A stretch of 44,082 bases of DNA from Pseudomonadota bacterium (GTDB lineage Bacteria; Myxococcota; Myxococcia; Myxococcales; JAKAPL01), in NCBI GenBank assembly GCA_027451705.1, contig DAIDIT010000042.1, positions 1-44,082 of the forward strand, in the 5' to 3' direction. The notes under the pieces are model-generated. The model was not told where the DNA came from. It saw nothing but the letters and a program-made list of their open reading frames with translations, and ran no database searches. Positions 32,576 to 42,594 of the stretch are shown here, in pieces; the first letter of the stretch is position 1; every line of letters begins with the position of its first letter. The translations under genes were made by a program, and so were the position numbers.

Positions 32576-34093
32576 TCAGGTCTGCGTGACCCGGATGGTC
32601 GTCTTCATCGCCTTCCCGGTCGCGCGGTCCTGCGCGCTCATCGTGAGGATTCCCTCGACGTTCACGTCGAAGGTGATCTCGACCTGGGCATGGCCCTTGG
32701 GGCCGTTCTTGATCCCCGAGAAGAGGAAGTCCCCGAGGAGCTCGTTCTGGGCCACCATCTCGTGGTCGCCCTGGTAGATCCGCATCGCCAGCTCGGTCTG
32801 CCCGTCGTAGCTCGTGGTCGCGTTGACCTGCTTGGCGTTCGGGATCGGCGCGTTTCGCGGGAAGACGACGTGGAACTTGCCGTCGGCCTGCTCGAGGCCG
32901 ATCGCCATCGGGATCACGTCGAGGAGCTGGAGTCGGAGCGCGGAGTTGCCCTCGAGCGAGTGCGCGTAGAGCGCCGCGCCGATCGCGACGGCCTCGTCCG
33001 GGTGCACGCCCTTGCTCGGCGGCTTGCCGAAGAACTTGGTGATGCGGTCCTGCACCGCCGGCATGCGGGTCTGGCCGCCGACGAGCATCACCTCGTCGAT
33101 GTCCTTCACCCCCAGGCCGCTCTGCGTCAACACGTCCTCGACGATCTTGATCGTCCGGTCGACGTAGTGGCTCGTGAGCTGCTCGAGCAACTTGCGGGTG
33201 AAGGTCATCTCGATGTTGAGCGGCTGCCCCTGCGGGGTCATCGAGACGAACGGGATGTGGAACGGCGCCTCCTGGCGGGCCGACAGGTCGATCTTGGTCC
33301 GCTCGGCGAGGTCCTTGATCCGCTGCATCGCGACCGGGTCGGTCGAGAGATCGACGCCGTGCTTCTTCTTGAACTCGTCGATCACGTGGTGGATCATCGC
33401 GTTGTCGAAGTCGATGCCGCCGAGGAAGATGTCGCCCCCGGTCGACTTCACCTCGAAGACGCGGTCGCGGATCTCGATGACCGACACGTCGAACGTGCCG
33501 CCGCCCAGGTCGTAGATGATGACCTTCTCGTGGAGGTTCTTGCCCACGCCGTAGGCGAGCGACGCGCTGGTCGGCGCGTTGATGATCCGGACGACCTCGA
33601 GGCCGATCTGCTTGCCGGCGTCCTTCACCGCCTGCCGCTGCCGGTCGGTGAAGTAGGCCGGCACGGTGACCACCGCGCGCTCGACCTTCTGCTGGAGGTA
33701 GTCCTGGGCGACGTCGCGGATCTTGTTCAGGATGCGGGAGGCGATGTCCGACATCGCGAGCTTCGCCTTCCCGACCTTGATGACGACGTCGTTCTTGCCG
33801 CCCTCGTCCATGTCGTAGGCGACGACCTTCTTCATCGTGTCGACGACGTCGGACTTGTAGTTGCGGCCGATGAGCCGCTTGCTGGCGTAGACGGTGTTCT
33901 TGGGGTTGAGCTGCCACTGGCGCTTGGCCTCGTGGCCGATCAGCTCGCGCCCCTTGTCGTCGATCGCGAAGATCGAGGGAATGGTGAAGTCGCCGCCCTT
34001 GTAGGGGATCAGCTTGACCTCTCCGTTCGCCTCGACGACGGCGGCGCAGGAGTTGGTCGTGCCGAGGTCGATTCCGATGATGGGAGCTGCCAT
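32576..34093 (-). CDS. Hsp70/DnaK-family paralog (505 aa, no helical lid)
   Basis: IIGIDLGTTNSC, TVPAYF, YDLGGGTFDVS, LVGGQTRMP, PDEAVAIGAA and VEITFDV; ends right after the substrate-binding beta-sandwich. Confidence 0.95.
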   Translation of the reverse strand: MAAPIIGIDLGTTNSCAAVVEANGEVKLIPYKGGDFTIPSIFAIDDKGRELIGHEAKRQWQLNPKNTVYASKRLIGRNYKSDVVDTMKKVVAYDMDEGGKNDVVIKVGKAKLAMSDIASRILNKIRDVAQDYLQQKVERAVVTVPAYFTDRQRQAVKDAGKQIGLEVVRIINAPTSASLAYGVGKNLHEKVIIYDLGGGTFDVSVIEIRDRVFEVKSTGGDIFLGGIDFDNAMIHHVIDEFKKKHGVDLSTDPVAMQRIKDLAERTKIDLSARQEAPFHIPFVSMTPQGQPLNIEMTFTRKLLEQLTSHYVDRTIKIVEDVLTQSGLGVKDIDEVMLVGGQTRMPAVQDRITKFFGKPPSKGVHPDEAVAIGAALYAHSLEGNSALRLQLLDVIPMAIGLEQADGKFHVVFPRNAPIPNAKQVNATTSYDGQTELAMRIYQGDHEMVAQNELLGDFLFSGIKNGPKGHAQVEITFDVNVEGILTMSAQDRATGKAMKTTIRVTQT

Positions 34094-34350
34094 GACCCTG
34101 GATGTCCCCTCTTCGTTAAGGGTGGCGGAAAGACGACAGTCGACCCATGTGCGGGGAAGCTTAGCGGATCCGACTGGCCGGTGGAAGCCCCTGGGGTGGG
34201 GCCGGGCCGCCGCTCGCCCCCGCGAACGGCCGCCGAGCGGGGCTCCCGGAGGGGTCCTTGTGGCGTTCGATCGCCGTGTGTTACAGACGAATGTCGAACT
34301 TTCCACGGCGCATGAGCCGTGGCCGCACATCCGCCCAAGGGGTGCCCTCC

Positions 34351-36594
34351 GTGGACGTCCGCAGCTACCTCGAGACCCTCGGCAAGGACGTCCGGGATTC
34401 CTTCGCCCGGGACCGGACGATCCTCGCCTTCGACCAATACCTCGACCTCTTCGCCCAGGATCCGCTCCGCCACTCCCGCAACGCCGCGCAGTACCTCAAG
34501 GACGTCTTCGACCACTGGGGCGCCTACGACGTCGAGACGCCCGTCGGCAAGTTCCGCCGCTTCCGCCTCTTCGACTGCCCGTTCGCGGGCGGGGAGGGGA
34601 GGGTCGCCGGGCAGGAGGAGGTCCAGGCCGCGATCTACCGGATCGTCGGCAACTTCGTCCGGACGGGGCGCATCGACAAGCTCGTCCTCCTGCACGGCCC
34701 CAACGGCTCGGCCAAGTCGAGCCTCGTCGCGGCGATCCAGGACGCGATGGAGGCCTACAGCCACGAGCGGGAGGGCGCGCTCTACCGCTTCAACTGGATC
34801 TTCCCGAGCGAGAAGCTCGTCCGCGGCGCGATCGGCTTCGGCGAGGGCAAGAGCGGGCAGCCGCCGCCCGACGTCGCCTCCTACGCCCACCTGGACGGCG
34901 AGTCGATCGACGCCCGGCTCGGCTGCGAGGTGCGGGATCACCCGCTCTTCCTGATCCCGCGGACGGAGCGGCGCCGCCTCTTCGAGAAGCACCTCGGCGT
35001 CCTCGAGCCCGCCGGGCAGGGCTCGCGCCTCTCCGACTACGTGCTCGACGGCGACCTCTGCCACAAGTGCCGACAGATCTTCGGCGCGCTGCTCGGCGCC
35101 TACCAGGGCGACTACCTCAAGGTGCTGCGCCACGTGCAGGTGGAGCGGTTCTACGCCTCCACCCGCTACCAGGTCGCGCTCGCGACCGTCGAGCCGCAGC
35201 TCTCCGTCGACGCGGGTTTCCGGCAGGTGACGGCCGACCGCAGCCACGGGAGCCTTCCCGCCGCGCTCCAGAGCCTGAGCCTCTTCGAGCCCGTGGGCCC
35301 CCTGGTCGCCGGAAACCGGGGCATCGTCGCCTACGCCGACCTGCTCAAGCGGCCGCTCGAACACTTCAAGTACCTCCTCGGCGTGAGCGAGAGCGCGCAG
35401 GTCTCGCTCGAGCACTTCAGCCTCTACCTCGACACGATCCTCCTCGCGTCGACGAACGAGAAGCACCTCGCGGCCTTCAAGGAGGCCCCGGACTTCACCT
35501 CGTTCAAGGGGCGCATCGAGCTCGTCCGCGTGCCGTACCTGCGCCGCCGCACGATCGAGCGGGAGATCTACGAACAGCAGATCGCGCGCTCGCGCTTCGG
35601 CAAGCACGTCGCCCCGCACGCCCTCGACGTCGCGGCCGTCTGGGCGGTGCTCACGCGGCTCAAGAAGCCGATCCCGGAGCGCTACCAGGGCGACCTGCGT
35701 GACATCGTCGACGACCTCTCGCCGCTCGAGAAGCTCGACCTGTACGACCGCGGCCAGGTGCCGGACCGGCTCGCGATGTCGCAGGCCAAGGAGCTGCGCA
35801 AGAGCGCCGAGGAGATCTGGCGCGAGAGCGACGCCTACCCGAACTACGAGGGGCGGTCCGGCGCGAGCGCCCGCGAGATCAAGACCGCCATCGCCAACGC
35901 CGTGCAGAACCCGGCCTACCGCTGCGTGACGCCGCAGGCGGTGCTCGAGGAGCTGGCCGGGATCTGCCGCGACAAGTCGGTCTACGAGTTCCTCCAGCAG
36001 GAGGTCGTCGACGGCTTCCACGATCACGAGGAGTTCGTACGGACCGCGGAGGCGGAGCTGGTGGACGCGGTCGACGACGAGGTCCGCGACTCGATGGGCC
36101 TCATCAGCGAGGGGCAGTACCGCGAGCTGTTCGAGCGCTACGTGCTCCACGTCTCCCACTGGGTCAAGAACGAGAAGCTCCGCAACCGCGTGACCGGCGA
36201 ATTCGAGCCGCCCGACGAAGGGCGGATGGTCGAGCTCGAGGCCATCGTGATGCCGGAGGACGAGGACCGCGGCGACTTCCGCCGGGGCCTCATCGCCGCG
36301 GTCGGCGCCTACCGCCTCGACCACCCGGAGGTCGAGTCGATCGAATACCCGAGGATCTTCCCCGACCAGTTCCGGAGGCTGCGCGACCACTACTTCGTCG
36401 AGCACAAGAAGCTCCTGCGCAAGAACGGCGAGAACGTCCTGCGCTTCCTCTCGGGCGACCAGGGCGGCCTGTCCCCCCGCGACCTCGTCCAGGTCGAGAA
36501 GATGGTCGCCGCGATGACGGGCCGGCACGGCTACTGCCGCGAGTGCACGAAGGACGCGATCGTCTTCCTCCTGCGCAAGCGCTACGCCGATTGA
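34351..36594 (+). CDS. prkA: PrkA/YeaG-family serine kinase / AAA+ protein
   Basis: GTG at 34351; LLHGPNGSAKSS Walker A, DHPLFLIP, LCHKC, NRG..DLLKRP, STNE, VPYL and EGRSGASARE motifs. Confidence 0.85.
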   Translation: MDVRSYLETLGKDVRDSFARDRTILAFDQYLDLFAQDPLRHSRNAAQYLKDVFDHWGAYDVETPVGKFRRFRLFDCPFAGGEGRVAGQEEVQAAIYRIVGNFVRTGRIDKLVLLHGPNGSAKSSLVAAIQDAMEAYSHEREGALYRFNWIFPSEKLVRGAIGFGEGKSGQPPPDVASYAHLDGESIDARLGCEVRDHPLFLIPRTERRRLFEKHLGVLEPAGQGSRLSDYVLDGDLCHKCRQIFGALLGAYQGDYLKVLRHVQVERFYASTRYQVALATVEPQLSVDAGFRQVTADRSHGSLPAALQSLSLFEPVGPLVAGNRGIVAYADLLKRPLEHFKYLLGVSESAQVSLEHFSLYLDTILLASTNEKHLAAFKEAPDFTSFKGRIELVRVPYLRRRTIEREIYEQQIARSRFGKHVAPHALDVAAVWAVLTRLKKPIPERYQGDLRDIVDDLSPLEKLDLYDRGQVPDRLAMSQAKELRKSAEEIWRESDAYPNYEGRSGASAREIKTAIANAVQNPAYRCVTPQAVLEELAGICRDKSVYEFLQQEVVDGFHDHEEFVRTAEAELVDAVDDEVRDSMGLISEGQYRELFERYVLHVSHWVKNEKLRNRVTGEFEPPDEGRMVELEAIVMPEDEDRGDFRRGLIAAVGAYRLDHPEVESIEYPRIFPDQFRRLRDHYFVEHKKLLRKNGENVLRFLSGDQGGLSPRDLVQVEKMVAAMTGRHGYCRECTKDAIVFLLRKRYAD

Positions 36595-36660
36595 GGCGGA
36601 ATGCGCCCCGCCGCGGACCTGTTACACACCAGCCGCCCGAAAGACACCCGGACCCGACGC

Positions 36661-37518
36661 TTGCCCAGAACGCTCCTCCTGCTGCCTGCCGCCTTCGCCC
36701 TCGCGTGCGCCGGGCCGATCCAGGAGGGCAGGCGGGCGGCGGGGCCGGCCGATCGCTTCGAGGTCATCCAGTCCGTCCTGCCCGAGGCCGTCCGCGTGCA
36801 CGTCCTCGCGGCCGGCACGCTCGCCCGCACCGCGACGGCCGTCTGCCTGCGCGACGACCGCGCCCACCACCGCAGCTTCGTCCTGACCAACGCCCACGTC
36901 GTCGAGCGCGGCGACCTGCCGGCCGACCCCGCGTTCCAGGTGCTGGTCGAGGGGCGGCGCGGGACGACGGTCGCCTACGGCGCGACGCTCGTCGCGGTCG
37001 GAGCCGTCCCGGACGAGGACCTCGCGGTCCTCGAGATCCGCGGCGCGGACATCCGGCCGGCGCGGCTGGCCGAGGACGAGGGCACCCGCGTCGGCGAGGA
37101 CGTCGTCGTGATCGGCGCGCCGTTCGGCCGCGAGCTGTCCGTCTCCGCCGGCCTGGTCTCGAGCCTCGAGTGGGCCGGCGAGGGTCCGGCGCGGCGCCTC
37201 GACCGGCTCAAGACGGACGCGCCCATCGGCTACGGCACGAGCGGAGGCGGCATCTTCCGCGTCCGCGACGGCCGGCTCGCCGCGATCGTCGAGGGCTACC
37301 GGACGGCGCGGGTCGAGCTCCCGATCGACCGGATGCTCCGGCCGCAGGGGGCGCCCCAGGCCGCCGACCGGAGCTGGGGCTTCGACGTCCCGATGCCGGG
37401 CGAGACGTTCGCCGCGCCCGCCGCCAAGATCCGCCGCTTCCTCGAGTCGCACGGGCTCGCCGCGCTCGCGGACCCCGGCGCCGGCGAGGCGATCGCGGCT
37501 GCCTCCAGCCGCGGCTGA
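36661..37518 (+). CDS. Trypsin-like (S1) serine protease lipoprotein
   Basis: ALAC lipobox; triad motifs LTNAHVV, DLAVL and GYGTSGGG. Start could be 36601. Confidence 0.85.
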   Translation: MPRTLLLLPAAFALACAGPIQEGRRAAGPADRFEVIQSVLPEAVRVHVLAAGTLARTATAVCLRDDRAHHRSFVLTNAHVVERGDLPADPAFQVLVEGRRGTTVAYGATLVAVGAVPDEDLAVLEIRGADIRPARLAEDEGTRVGEDVVVIGAPFGRELSVSAGLVSSLEWAGEGPARRLDRLKTDAPIGYGTSGGGIFRVRDGRLAAIVEGYRTARVELPIDRMLRPQGAPQAADRSWGFDVPMPGETFAAPAAKIRRFLESHGLAALADPGAGEAIAAASSRG

Positions 37519-37541
37519 GCCGCGGAGGCAGCCGGAAAGGT

Positions 37542-37985
37542 TCAAGGCCCGGACGGCGGTGCCTCCGGCGTTCGCAGGTCGAGGCTGTCCGCGATGACCG
37601 TCGAGCGATCCTGCGTGTAGCTCGCGCGCACGTCCATCCCCGGCCGCAGTTCACCCAGGTGCCCGGTGCGGCCGTCGATCGTCACGCGGGTGATCGGCCC
37701 GACGAAGAGCGTCATCTCGGCCGGCGGGCCCGCGAGCGAGCGGCCGACGATCTCGACCTTGTCCGAGGACACGGCGACCACCTGCCCCGCGATGACGCCG
37801 ATGCGCGGGATGCTCTCGTACCCGTGGGTCACGGGCTTGCGCCCGGCGAGCCCCTGGAACTGGAGGCCCGGCTCCGCCACCGGAGACGCATTCGCGGTGT
37901 GAGGCGGAAGGTTCGAAGATTCGTGTGTCTCCGCGCAGCCGCAGGCGAGCGACAGCACGACGGCCGCGAGTGTCCGAGATCGCAT
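37542..37985 (-). CDS. Small lipoprotein with a beta-rich (OB-like) domain
   Basis: GGAGG SD; MRSRTLAAVVLSLACGC; GQVVAV...TRVTIDG...LRPGMDVRASY. Confidence 0.75.
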   Translation of the reverse strand: MRSRTLAAVVLSLACGCAETHESSNLPPHTANASPVAEPGLQFQGLAGRKPVTHGYESIPRIGVIAGQVVAVSSDKVEIVGRSLAGPPAEMTLFVGPITRVTIDGRTGHLGELRPGMDVRASYTQDRSTVIADSLDLRTPEAPPSGP

Positions 37986-38064
37986 GTCCGCCTCCTCCAT
38001 CGAAGGGTGAACAGTCCGGGCACGCCCGCCAACCCCCGGGACCGACGTGGCCGCGACGGCGCCC

Positions 38065-38106
38065 CCGGCCCCAACCGCGACCTCGACCGCGACCTCGATC
38101 CCGACC
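38065..38106. repeat. Degenerate hexamer (NCGACC) tandem repeat in a divergent intergenic region
   Basis: ccggcc ccaacc gcgacc tcgacc gcgacc tcgatc ccgacc. Confidence 0.7.
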
Positions 38107-38253
38107 GGAAAGAATCGTCAGAAAGCGCGTTGGCAGCTTCTGCGGGACCGGCTTCGGGTCTGAAGGGGTTCGTTCGGGGTCGCGTGTTCGAGGTCGGCGT
38201 CGATCTGCCGAGGTTGTCGCCGAGTTGTCAGCGGCGCGTGCTATGAGACACCG

Positions 38254-38679
38254 ATGCCCCGCAGCGGCTGGGACGGGTACTTCATGGACATCGCGCGCGT
38301 GGTGGCTTCGCGGGCGACGTGCGACCGCAAGCACGTCGGGGCGGTGCTGGTGCGGGAGCGGACGATCCTCTCCACGGGCTACAACGGCAGCATCCGCGGG
38401 CTGCCGCACTGCGACGAGGTCGGGCACATGATGGAGAACGGCCACTGCGTGGCGACGATCCACGCGGAGGCGAACGCGATCCTCCAGGCGGCCCGAAACG
38501 GGGTCCGGATCGAGGGGGCGGACATCTACACGACGGCGAGCCCGTGCTGGCCTTGCTTCAAGCTGATCGCGAACGCGGGCCTCGCCCGCATCGTCTACGG
38601 CGAGTTCTACCGCGACGAGCGCATCTTCGATTACTCGGCCAAGCTCGGCATCGTCCTGCAAGGGCCGTCGCGGCCCTGA
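38254..38679 (+). CDS. dCMP deaminase / ComEB-family zinc deaminase
   Basis: WDGYFM, RATC, VGAV, TGYNG, HAEANA and PCWPC motifs. Confidence 0.93.
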   Translation: MPRSGWDGYFMDIARVVASRATCDRKHVGAVLVRERTILSTGYNGSIRGLPHCDEVGHMMENGHCVATIHAEANAILQAARNGVRIEGADIYTTASPCWPCFKLIANAGLARIVYGEFYRDERIFDYSAKLGIVLQGPSRP

Positions 38680-38688
38680 GCGGCGGCG

Positions 38689-39075
38689 TCAGCGGCCGAG
38701 TTTGCTGCGGACGACGCCGAGCAGCTCGTCGTTGTCGAAGGGCTTGCGCAGGAAGTCGTCGGCGCCGGCCTCCTGCGCCTCGGACGCGGCCACCTCGCCG
38801 GGTCGCGCCGAGAGGACGACGACGGGAATCCCGCTCGTCTGCGCGTCGCCCTTGATCCGGCGGCACAGCTCGAGGCCGTCGACGCCGGGCATGGCGATGT
38901 CGAGCAGCACGAGGTCGATGCCACCGCCGGACAGGTAATCGAGCGCCTCCTCGCCGCCGTGCGCGCGCAGCGTCGAGAAGCCCTCGACGCCGAGCAGCAC
39001 GTCGATGAACTCGAGCACTTCCGGGTCGTCGTCGACGACGAGGACCCGGCGTGGCCCGTTGCCGATCTGGATCAC
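38689..39075 (-). CDS. Single-domain response regulator (CheY-like)
   Basis: VLVVDDD, DLVLLDIAMPGVDG, VVLSA and FLRKPF. Confidence 0.93.
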   Translation of the reverse strand: MIQIGNGPRRVLVVDDDPEVLEFIDVLLGVEGFSTLRAHGGEEALDYLSGGGIDLVLLDIAMPGVDGLELCRRIKGDAQTSGIPVVVLSARPGEVAASEAQEAGADDFLRKPFDNDELLGVVRSKLGR

Positions 39076-39617
39076 CGGGCCGTCCCCGCCGAGAGCGGGA
39101 CCTGCGCCTGCCCCTCCTCGCAGCCGATCGCGAGCAGCTTCGGCTCGAGGTCACGCGGGGCGTGCCGGCCGCCGGTGCCGCCCTTGCGGAAGCGGCCGAC
39201 CGGGACGGTCAGGTGGCCGCCGGGGTCGAGCGCGGCCTGCCGGTACACGTAGAGGCCGTTGAGCGTGTACGTGACGTCGGTCCACGGCGTCCCGGAGGTG
39301 TTGGTGACGAGGAGCACGGGACCGCCGACGGCCATCTCCGCGCGGACCTCGGCACCGAGCGCGTTGCCGCCGCCGCCGGAGAGGGCGAGCGTCGCGATCG
39401 TCGCGATCGACACGGCCAGCCAGCCCGCGACGAGGCACGCCTGGATCCGGAAGTAGCGGTCCTGCGCCCCGAATGCCCCGAGCGCCTTGTCGAGCAGCGC
39501 CTTCGGCCCGGTCGGGGGCGGCGCCGCAATCCTGAAGGTGCCGGACGGTGAACTGCGCGCCGAAGGCGGCGTCGGACGGCCAGCCGCGCCGGGCGCGGAG
39601 GTGCGTTCGGGCGTCAT
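39072..39617 (-). CDS. Hypothetical single-pass membrane protein
   Basis: GGAG SD and ATG at 39617; one TM segment (ACLVAGWLAVSIATIATLAL); stop overlaps the next start. Confidence 0.7.
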   Translation of the reverse strand: MTPERTSAPGAAGRPTPPSARSSPSGTFRIAAPPPTGPKALLDKALGAFGAQDRYFRIQACLVAGWLAVSIATIATLALSGGGGNALGAEVRAEMAVGGPVLLVTNTSGTPWTDVTYTLNGLYVYRQAALDPGGHLTVPVGRFRKGGTGGRHAPRDLEPKLLAIGCEEGQAQVPLSAGTAR

Positions 39618-39633
39618 CTCCCTCCGGAGCGTA

Positions 39634-40992
39634 TCACTTCTGCGGCGCGTCGAGGGCGGCCAGCAGGCGCGTCGCCGCGGCGTTGTCCGGCTGCTGCGCG
39701 AGGACGTCGTGGAGCCGCTTGCGGGCGGCGTCCGCGAACTGCCGGCGGACGTCGGGCGCCTTGGCCTCAAGGGCGCGCTGGACGTCGATGCCCCCGAGGC
39801 CGAGCTGCGCGGCCAGGTTCTTGGGGTCCTTCTTCAGCACCGCTTGCAGCTCCCGGTCCGCCCCGGGGAGGTCGCCCACGAGCGAGAGGGCCGAGGCGAG
39901 GCGGAGCCGCGTCTTGGGGTCGCCGTGCCGGATCGCGACGAGCGCCCGGAGCTGCGCCACCGCGTCCTTGCCGTCCCCCTCGTCGAACTCCATCTCCCCG
40001 AGCCGGTCGCGCGCGGCCTCGAGCAGCGGGTCCTGCGCGAGCGCGGCGCGGTACTGGGCCTCGGCCTGCCCGTACTTCTGCAGCCCGTGGTAGACCTCGC
40101 CCAGGTAGAAGTGCGGCCCGGGCAGCGTCGGATCGAGCGCGATCGCCTGCTCGAAGTGCTCGACCGCCTGCGAGGTGTCGCCGAGCTTCTCGTAGGCGAG
40201 CCCGAGCGCGGAGTAGAAGATCGGCACCTGGGGGAAGTCGGACGCGAGCGACTCGAGGACGTCGACGGCCCGCTGCGACGCGTCGTCGCGGTCGAGCCAG
40301 CCCATCGCCTCCTGGAACCGCGGCTTGGCTCCGGCGGGGATGGGGCGGTAGGGGTCGTGGATGACGTCGAGCAGCGCCCGCGCCTTCGCGAGGTCGTCGG
40401 CGCTCGGGGTGTGCTGGAGCGCCTCGGCGATCGCGGCGACCGCCTCGGCGTCGTGGCCGGTGCGGTGGAGGGCGAGCGCCAGCGGGAAGCGGGCGTGGGG
40501 GTCGTCGGGGGCGAGCGCGATGGCCGCGCGCAGCGGGGCGATCGCCTCGGCGTAGCGCTCGGATTCGACGAGGGCGAAGCCGTACCGGAGGGCCGGCTCG
40601 GCGCTCCGGGGATCGAGCTTGCGCGCGAGGGCCAGCTCGGCGAGCCCTTCCTTCTCGCCCCGCTCGCCGGCGAGGAGCGCGAGGCCGAGCTGGTAGTGGG
40701 CGCGGGCCGATTCGGGCTCGGACTTCACGCGCTCGCGCGCCCGGGCGGTGACCTTGCCGAGCTGCCCGCAACCGCGCGCCGCCGCGACCTCGTGCCGCAG
40801 CTCGCGCCAGCTCTCCGGCTGCAGCGCGAGCGCCTCCCGGAAGTCGGCGAGCGCCTCGCACGGCTTGTCGCCCGAGAGCGCCTCGCTGCCCGCCGCGTCG
40901 CGCCGGTCGGCCCGCTGCTCCGGGGTCAGTGTCGTGCAGCCCGCCGCGAGGGCGAGCGCGGCCGCCGCCGCCACCAGGCTACGGAACGTCAT
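39634..40992 (-). CDS. TPR-repeat lipoprotein
   Basis: AAGC lipobox; multiple TPR-like repeats (ARAHYQLGLAL, EAIAPLRAAIALAP, HFYLGEVY). Confidence 0.9.
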   Translation of the reverse strand: MTFRSLVAAAAALALAAGCTTLTPEQRADRRDAAGSEALSGDKPCEALADFREALALQPESWRELRHEVAAARGCGQLGKVTARARERVKSEPESARAHYQLGLALLAGERGEKEGLAELALARKLDPRSAEPALRYGFALVESERYAEAIAPLRAAIALAPDDPHARFPLALALHRTGHDAEAVAAIAEALQHTPSADDLAKARALLDVIHDPYRPIPAGAKPRFQEAMGWLDRDDASQRAVDVLESLASDFPQVPIFYSALGLAYEKLGDTSQAVEHFEQAIALDPTLPGPHFYLGEVYHGLQKYGQAEAQYRAALAQDPLLEAARDRLGEMEFDEGDGKDAVAQLRALVAIRHGDPKTRLRLASALSLVGDLPGADRELQAVLKKDPKNLAAQLGLGGIDVQRALEAKAPDVRRQFADAARKRLHDVLAQQPDNAAATRLLAALDAPQK

Positions 40993-41760
40993 CTAGGTGC
41001 GCTCCTCTCGGCCGGCGATCACAGCCGCGCGATCTCCGCCCGCCCCGCCGATGGCGAGGTGCAGGTCGATGAGCGCGTCGTGCACGTTCCGCATCAGCCG
41101 GTCGCGGTCCGCGAGGGTCATCCCCGCGGTCGCGATCGGCGCGCCGACCTTGATCCGCAGCGTGCCCGGCCGGATGGCCGGGTCGTGCTTGCGCCGGACG
41201 CGGTGCGACCCGTCGACCGCGACCGGCACGATGGGCACCTGCGACTCGAGCGCGAGCACGAAGCCGCCCTTCTTGAAGGCGCGGATCGCGCCGCGCTCGT
41301 CGTCCGAGCGCGTCCCCTCCGGGTAGATGAGGATGCTGGTCCCGCGCGCGACCTTGCGCGCCGCGGCCCGCAGCGAGTCGACCGCGCGTTGCCGGTTCCC
41401 GCGGTCGACGAGCACGTGCCCGGTCAGGTGGAGGTACCAGCCGAGGACGGGGATGAAGCCCAGCGAGCGCTTGGCCACGAAGCGGATCGGGTGCGGGATC
41501 GTCGCGAAGGCGGCGGGAATGTCGAAGTAGCCCTGGTGGTTGCCCACGAAGACGTAAGGCTGGCGCAGGTCGAGGGGGGGCAGCGGATCGGCGACGAGGG
41601 TGACGCCCGCGACGCGGAGCACCGCCGGCGCCCAGAGGTTGCGCGCCATCCAGCCCGCCGCGTCGCCTTCGAGGGTCAGGAGCACCGTCGCCGCGACGGG
41701 GACGAGCAGCACGAGGGTCCAGAGGGCCGTGAACACGATTGTCGCGATGGTCCTGAGCAA
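40993..41760 (-). CDS. plsC: 1-acyl-sn-glycerol-3-phosphate acyltransferase
   Basis: NHQGYFD, FVAKRSL, VDRG, YPEGTRS, FKKGGF and VPIVPV motifs. Confidence 0.9.
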   Translation of the reverse strand: MLRTIATIVFTALWTLVLLVPVAATVLLTLEGDAAGWMARNLWAPAVLRVAGVTLVADPLPPLDLRQPYVFVGNHQGYFDIPAAFATIPHPIRFVAKRSLGFIPVLGWYLHLTGHVLVDRGNRQRAVDSLRAAARKVARGTSILIYPEGTRSDDERGAIRAFKKGGFVLALESQVPIVPVAVDGSHRVRRKHDPAIRPGTLRIKVGAPIATAGMTLADRDRLMRNVHDALIDLHLAIGGAGGDRAAVIAGREERT

Positions 41761-41766
41761 TCCCCT

Positions 41767-42594
41767 CTAACCCCCGTCGCCTTTGGCGGCGGGGGCGGCC
41801 GCGATCCCCGCCGGTGCGGAGGAGGCCGAAGGCCGCGGCGTCCCGCCGACCAGCCGGTCGAACGCCGGATCGCCGCGCAGCGCGGCGAACGTCGGATCGG
41901 CCGCGACCGGCCCCTTCTCCGACGGGGCGGAGCCGACGAGGGCGGCGAGCGCCTGCACGGCCCCCGCGCGGTCGCCCTGCGCGAGGTCGAGCCGGGCCTG
42001 CCCGTAGGCGGCGAGGGGCGAGGCCGGCGCGAGCTTGGCGATGCGGTCGAACGCCGCCTTCGCGCCCGAGTAGTCCTTCGAGGCCGCCATCGCGGAGCCG
42101 TAGACGTACAGCACCGTCGGGTCCTCGTCGTCGAGCCGCGCGGCGAGCTTCGCGTCGGCGAGCGCGGCGGCGGCGTCGCCGTCCTGAAGCGCGAGCTGCG
42201 CGCGCGAGAGGCGGGCGTACAGGTTGCGGGGGCGAACGTCGAGCGCCCGCCCGAGCGAGTCGCGCGCGGCCTGGTCGTGCCCCTGCTCGCTCTGCACGCG
42301 CGCCATCCCGATCCACGCCTCGATCTGGGCGGGGTTGCGGGCGGTCGCCTGCCGGTACGCCGCGAAGGCCGCGTCCTTCTTGCCCTGCGCGTAGAGCAGG
42401 TCGCCCATCCGGAGCCACGGCGCGGAGATGCTCGTATCGGCGGCCGCCGCCTTCTGGTACTCGGCGATGGCTTCCGCGATCTTGCCCTGGTTCTGGAAGA
42501 CGTTGCCGCGCGCGAGGTGGGTCTGCGACTCGCTGTGGCAACCGGCGAGCGCGACGGCGGCCGCCGCGACGGCCGCGAGGAGGGAAACTTTCAT
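41767..42594 (-). CDS. TPR-repeat lipoprotein
   Basis: LAGC lipobox; TPR-like repeats; C-terminal DPTFAALRGDPAF motif. Confidence 0.9.
   Translation of the reverse strand: MKVSLLAAVAAAAVALAGCHSESQTHLARGNVFQNQGKIAEAIAEYQKAAAADTSISAPWLRMGDLLYAQGKKDAAFAAYRQATARNPAQIEAWIGMARVQSEQGHDQAARDSLGRALDVRPRNLYARLSRAQLALQDGDAAAALADAKLAARLDDEDPTVLYVYGSAMAASKDYSGAKAAFDRIAKLAPASPLAAYGQARLDLAQGDRAGAVQALAALVGSAPSEKGPVAADPTFAALRGDPAFDRLVGGTPRPSASSAPAGIAAAPAAKGDGG

Noticed and set aside
32576-34093. Canonical dnaK
   Set aside because: Too short (no lid), altered INEP motif and no grpE/dnaJ context, so no gene symbol was assigned.
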